Assembly (NCBI GenBank): GCA_965224025.1
Contig: OZ245033.1
Span: 2,368,001-2,432,000, forward strand
Direction of reading: 5' to 3'
Length of the DNA: 64,000 bases
Origin: Candidatus Multivorans sp.
GTDB taxonomy: Bacteria > Acidobacteriota > Thermoanaerobaculia > Multivoradales > Multivoraceae
Part shown: positions 59,725 through 64,000 of the stretch, one piece after another
Position numbering within the stretch: the stretch's first letter is position 1
Layout: each line of letters starts with the position of its first letter
Program-made: the position numbers and the translations under genes
The notes under the pieces: generated by a model
The model's input: the letters and a program-made list of their open reading frames with translations, nothing else
Told to the model about the DNA's origin: nothing
The model's database searches: none

Positions 59725-61122
59725 ATGGGTTCTCAAGATCTGCCGGCTGCCCGGCAGTCGGAGCTGGTGATCGTCGCCAACACGCTCCCCGTGCGTCGCG
59801 AGGAGGTGGATGGGGAACTGGGCTGGGCGCAGAGCCCCGGCGGTCTGGTCAGCGCCCTGTCGCCGATCGTGCGCGAGGCGGGCGGCTGCTGGGTGGGCTG
59901 GTCGGGCGGCGCCGACGACGCGCCCGAGCCGTTTCGCCACGAGGGCATTCTGAACGTGGCGGTGCCGGTGTCGGAGGCGGAAGTCGCCGGTTCGTACCAG
60001 GGGATGTGCAACTCGACCCTGTGGCCCCTGTACCACGATGCCGTGCGGCCGCCCGAGTACCACCGGCACTGGTGGAACCCGTACGTGGCGGTCAACCGGC
60101 GCTTCGCCGAGGAGGCGGCTCGCCGCACCGCCCCCGGGGGCCGCGTGTGGATCCAGGACTACCACCTGCAGCTCGTGCCGCGGATGCTGCGCGAGCTGCG
60201 GCCGGACATCAGTTCCGGCCTCTTCCTGCACATTCCCTTCCCGCCGATCGAACTGTTCCTGCGCCTGCCGTGGCGGCGGACGGTGCTGGAGGGCCTGCTA
60301 GGCGCGGACGTGATCGGCTTCCAGACCCCGGCCGGCGCCTACAACTTCACGCGGCTCGCCGACCGGCTGATCGAGGCGGAGCCTCAGGGCGAAACGATCC
60401 GCTACCAGGGGCGCGACATCCGGGTCGGCGCCTTCCCGATATCCATCGACACGGACCGCTACGCGAACGCGGCGCTGGCGCCCGAGATCCGGGAGCGGGC
60501 CGAACAGCTCCAGCAACTCCGCCGCGGCCGGAAGATCATCCTCTCCGTCGACCGCCTCGACTACACGAAGGGCATCGACCTGCGGCTCAAGGCGTTCCTC
60601 GAATGGCTGGGGCGCAAGAACCGGTCGATTCGCGACGCGGTGATGGTCCAGGTCGCCGTGCCGAGCCGCGAGCGCATCTCGGAGTACCAGATCCTGCGGC
60701 GCGACGTGGAGGAACTCGTCGGCCAGATCAACGGTGAGTACGGCGAACTCGGCGTCGTGCCGGTCCAGTACTTCCGGCGCAACCTGCCGTTCGAGGAGCT
60801 GATCGCGTTCTACCTGGTCGCCGACGTGATGCTCGTGACGCCGCTGTGCGACGGCATGAACCTTGTGGCCAAGGAGTACGTCGCCACCCGCCTCCAGGAC
60901 GACGGCGTCCTCGTGCTCAGCGAGTTCGCGGGCGCGGCCGCCGAGCTGCCGGACGCCCTGCTGGTGAACCCGCACGACGTGAACGCCATGGCGGCGACGA
61001 TCGAACGGGCGATCACGCTCGACGCGGAGGACGGGACGCGCCGCATGAGGGCGATGCGCGAGGTGGTCCGTCGCCACTCCGTCCACGAGTGGGCGGCGCA
61101 GTTCATCGAGGCGTTGGCCTGA
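59725..61122 (+). CDS. otsA: Trehalose-6-phosphate synthase
   Basis: GGLVSAL, IQDYHL, HIPFP, VDRLDYTKG, DGMNLVAKEY. Confidence 0.95.
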   Translation: MGSQDLPAARQSELVIVANTLPVRREEVDGELGWAQSPGGLVSALSPIVREAGGCWVGWSGGADDAPEPFRHEGILNVAVPVSEAEVAGSYQGMCNSTLWPLYHDAVRPPEYHRHWWNPYVAVNRRFAEEAARRTAPGGRVWIQDYHLQLVPRMLRELRPDISSGLFLHIPFPPIELFLRLPWRRTVLEGLLGADVIGFQTPAGAYNFTRLADRLIEAEPQGETIRYQGRDIRVGAFPISIDTDRYANAALAPEIRERAEQLQQLRRGRKIILSVDRLDYTKGIDLRLKAFLEWLGRKNRSIRDAVMVQVAVPSRERISEYQILRRDVEELVGQINGEYGELGVVPVQYFRRNLPFEELIAFYLVADVMLVTPLCDGMNLVAKEYVATRLQDDGVLVLSEFAGAAAELPDALLVNPHDVNAMAATIERAITLDAEDGTRRMRAMREVVRRHSVHEWAAQFIEALA

Positions 61123-61150
61123 CGCGCATGGAACGGCAGGGCGTGCGACC

Positions 61151-61672
61151 GTGAAGGCCGGGCCGCAGTCCGGAGAACGCCCCGTCAGCGATGCCGAAGC
61201 GGGGTTCGAGGTAGGCGAGGGGTTCGAACGCTTCTCGCAGAAGGACGACATCTTCTGCCGTTCGTTCTGGGACCCCGAGGTGAGGACCTCCCGCTCGGAC
61301 ATGTTCTACGAGACCTACCGCACGCCGGAGCTGCGCTGGCGCCCGGTCGACGGGTTCACGCGGCGCGACTACGCGCTTCGCAACGCTTCCTGGCACGTCA
61401 CCGATCTGTTCGCCGAGCTCAGGGGAGACGCCGACCGTCGCGAGGGCTTCCTCGACCCCTACACGGTGCTCCGGGACGGTCCCGGTCCGCCGGACGAGAG
61501 CGATGAACCGGAGGAGGTCCTCGCCGCTCGACTCGCCGCCGATCTCGAGACGGCCGCCCGCGCGTTGGGCGCCGGCCGGCTGGTAGGGTTGAGCGAGCAC
61601 CCGGCCGCGGAGCGCGGGAGAACAGGAGGACACGCCGACGGGAATGGCGGCCAGACCGTTCCGCTCGGTTGA
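61151..61672 (+). pseudogene. N-terminal fragment of a reductive dehalogenase-like / Fe-S protein
   Basis: ERFSQKDDIFCR...DYALRNASW...AARALGAGRLVG, then degenerates; no Fe-S motifs. Confidence 0.45.
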
Positions 61673-61676
61673 CACG

Positions 61677-62774
61677 ATGTGGATCAAGAAGCACGACCCC
61701 GCCCGTTACCTCCCCTCGGACTCCGGTATCGCGCTGCCGAGCCGCGAGCCGACGCCGCGGGAGGTCTACATGGACCGCCGCAAGTTCGTGGCCGCGGCCG
61801 CGGTCGGCATTGCCGGCGCGTCGCCTCTGGCTTCGCAGTTTCGCCTCCGCCAGCAAGTGTCGGCGCCGCCGCCCGCGCCGCCGATCGAGGACAAGCTGAA
61901 GCCGGCCCTCGAGCGGCCCGACGTCTACGGCGCCGAGCCCAGCGCGCGGCCCAAGCGCAACACGAAGTTCGCGGGTCCGCCGGAGAGCGTCGGCGGCGAG
62001 CTGACGCCGCGCGACTTCGCGGGCAGCCACAACAACTTCTACGAGTTCCTGCCGGGCCGCGGCGGTCCGGTGTGGAAGTTCGCCGGCAAGTTCACCGTCG
62101 AGCCGTGGAAGGTCGAGGTCACGGGCCTGTGCGACAACCCGATGACGCTCGACCTCGACGACATCTTCGGCATCGAGCACGAGGAGAGGCTCTACCACTT
62201 CCGCTGCGTCGAGCGCTGGGCGATGAACGTGCCCTGGAGCGGCTTTCCGCTGAGCAAGCTGATCGAGAAGGCCAGCCCGAAGTCCTCTGCCAAGCATGTT
62301 CGCTTCTTCACCGCTCTCAAGAGGGCCCAGATGCCAGGCGTCAGGGAGGCCCATTGGTACCAGTGGCCTTACTTTGAAGCCCTGAGGCTGGAGGAGGCGA
62401 TGAACGAACTCGCCTTTGTCGCGACCGGGATCTACGGCGAACCGCTGCTCAAGCAGCACGGCGCGCCGCTGCGCATCGTGGTGCCCTGGAAGTACGGCTA
62501 CAAGAACCCCAAGTCGATAGTCAAGATCGAGTTCGTGGCCGAAGAGCCGAAGATCTTCTGGCAGGTCCAGCCGCACGAGTACGGCTACCTCTCGAACGTG
62601 AACCCGTACATCCCGCACCCGCGCTGGAGCCAGGCGACCTCGCACTGGCTGCACAACAACCAGCCGTTCGACACGCCGATCTTCAACGGCTACGGCGAAC
62701 AGGCCGCCAAGCTCTATCCCGACGAGCCGACCACGATGCAGCGGCCGCTGCGGATGGGTCAGATCGCCCGGTAG
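61677..62774 (+). CDS. msrP: Methionine sulfoxide reductase catalytic subunit
   Basis: Tat motif DRRKFV, NNFYEF, FRCVERW, QHGAPLR, PWKYGYK, HPRWSQA. Confidence 0.93.
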   Translation: MWIKKHDPARYLPSDSGIALPSREPTPREVYMDRRKFVAAAAVGIAGASPLASQFRLRQQVSAPPPAPPIEDKLKPALERPDVYGAEPSARPKRNTKFAGPPESVGGELTPRDFAGSHNNFYEFLPGRGGPVWKFAGKFTVEPWKVEVTGLCDNPMTLDLDDIFGIEHEERLYHFRCVERWAMNVPWSGFPLSKLIEKASPKSSAKHVRFFTALKRAQMPGVREAHWYQWPYFEALRLEEAMNELAFVATGIYGEPLLKQHGAPLRIVVPWKYGYKNPKSIVKIEFVAEEPKIFWQVQPHEYGYLSNVNPYIPHPRWSQATSHWLHNNQPFDTPIFNGYGEQAAKLYPDEPTTMQRPLRMGQIAR

Positions 62775-62785
62775 GGCGCTAGCGC

Positions 62786-63091
62786 CTAGGCCACCATCTG
62801 CCGAGGCTTGACCCTCTCGGCAATGTGGCGACCGGCCTCAATCTCCGCGCGGCGAAGCTCCCAAGTCTTCTGGAGGTTCAGCCATAGCTGCGGCGTCGTG
62901 CCGAAGTAGCGCGCCAAGCGAAGCGCGGTGTTCGCGCTGACACCACGCTGACCGTTGAGTATGGCCGTGACGCGATTGACCGGCACGTCCAGGGCCTTCG
63001 ACAGAGCGTTGGCCGACATCCCGAGTTCATCGAGCTCTTCTCGCAGAATCTCGCCGGGATGCACCGGCCTCATTCCGTTTCTCGGCGTCAT
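62786..63091 (-). CDS. higA: HigA family antitoxin
   Basis: PVHPGEILREEL, TALRLARYFGTTPQLWLNLQ. Confidence 0.92.
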   Translation of the reverse strand: MTPRNGMRPVHPGEILREELDELGMSANALSKALDVPVNRVTAILNGQRGVSANTALRLARYFGTTPQLWLNLQKTWELRRAEIEAGRHIAERVKPRQMVA

Positions 63092-63172
63092 TCCACCATC
63101 GTAAAGGAGAATGGCCGCAACTGGAGTGCGGGGGGAGGCTGCGACGGCACCACATGCCGACTCCATTCGCCT

Positions 63173-64000
63173 CTACGACCCGTCGGGAGCCTCGGTTCCC
63201 ATCGAGGCCCCTGCACCGCGTCTTGCCGCTTGCACGGCCGCCGTGAACAAGCCCATCGCGGCGCCGAACGCCAGGAGCCCACCGAGCTGCACCCAGCCCA
63301 GGGCGTCGGAAGGCGTGGCGATCGCCAGGAGTTCGGAGGCGTAGTTGAACGACGCCGCCTCCTCGGTGCGCTTGGCTCTCAGGCCCGCGAGTCCCGCCAG
63401 CAGGAGGCCGGCGCCGATGACGCTGAGGATCCCGAAGGCCGTTCCGCTCGCGGCAAGCTGCCCGGCGGTCTTCGGTGGCAGCGGTTCCGGACGGCGGATC
63501 TCGAAGACCGGTTCGCGGGCCCGTGGCGAGACGAACCGTGAGAGCATGTAGAGCCCTGGGATGCCGAGCGGCATCGTCATCAGGAAGAAGTTCGACCATC
63601 CCACGGCGTCGACCGTGATCCCGGCCACCGGCCCCGAGAAGATGCGGCCGAAGCCGAACAGGGTCGAGAACAGCGCGTACTGCGTAGCCGAGAAGCGCTT
63701 TTGGGTCATCCGCAGCAGCAGCACCGAGAAGGCCCCGGTGCCGAGCCCCTGACAGAGGCTCTCGAAGCCCATCGCGCCGTAGAGCACCAGAGAGTGATTC
63801 GGCACGTTGGCCAGCAGCACGTAGCCGAGGTTCGAGAAGATCTGGAGCGAGCCGAAGGTCCAGAGCGCTCTGCCGAGGCCGATCGAGTTCGTGGCCAGGC
63901 CACCGATGATCGCGCCGCCGATCGTCGTGGCCAGACCGATGGTCCCGAGAGCGACGCCGCGGTCGTATGCGGAGTACCCCATGTCGATGAGGAAGGGCCG
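63173..64000 (-). CDS. ampG: AmpG-like MFS permease (runs off window)
   Basis: GLGTGAF...KRFSATQYALFS; TM pattern. Confidence 0.8.
   Translation of the reverse strand, partial: RPFLIDMGYSAYDRGVALGTIGLATTIGGAIIGGLATNSIGLGRALWTFGSLQIFSNLGYVLLANVPNHSLVLYGAMGFESLCQGLGTGAFSVLLLRMTQKRFSATQYALFSTLFGFGRIFSGPVAGITVDAVGWSNFFLMTMPLGIPGLYMLSRFVSPRAREPVFEIRRPEPLPPKTAGQLAASGTAFGILSVIGAGLLLAGLAGLRAKRTEEAASFNYASELLAIATPSDALGWVQLGGLLAFGAAMGLFTAAVQAARRGAGASMGTEAPDGS

Overview
High-GC bacterial DNA. The VWFA-type protein, PQQ-like propeller and AroD-AroE fusion suggest Acidobacteriota (inference). (1) 199-15389: an element inserted at the 3' end of fabF, flanked by a 16-bp direct repeat, with a Cre-like integrase remnant. 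It carries a headless siphophage tail module: Mu-like terminator and tube, G/GT frameshift, tape measure, lambda-like M, L, K, and an I-J fusion broken at a (GA)6 tract. This module is joined back-to-back to a MuF-like/gpG fragment. (2) 15392-31987: a single aroDE-hisZGDCBHAF(IE)-trpEGDCFBA superoperon. It is preceded by an unannotated 34-aa leader peptide with both Trp-Trp and His-Gly-His codons and a switchable hairpin that hides the Shine-Dalgarno site, a candidate dual Trp/His translational attenuator and the top finding. A modular REP-like palindrome family has 10 copies, several inserted in frame inside his/trp enzyme genes. (3) 32-48 kb: VapBC, VWA protein, truncated symporter, DMT, ECF sigma/anti-sigma/ABC cluster, arfB. 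(4) 48.8-57 kb: a decayed defence region (HNH and HsdS fragments, HEPN-like gene split by ISL3, methylase plus frameshifted endonuclease). (5) 57-64 kb: trehalose genes, dehalogenase-like fragment, msrP, orphan higA, ampG. All protein family calls come from motif recognition by eye; no database search was run.
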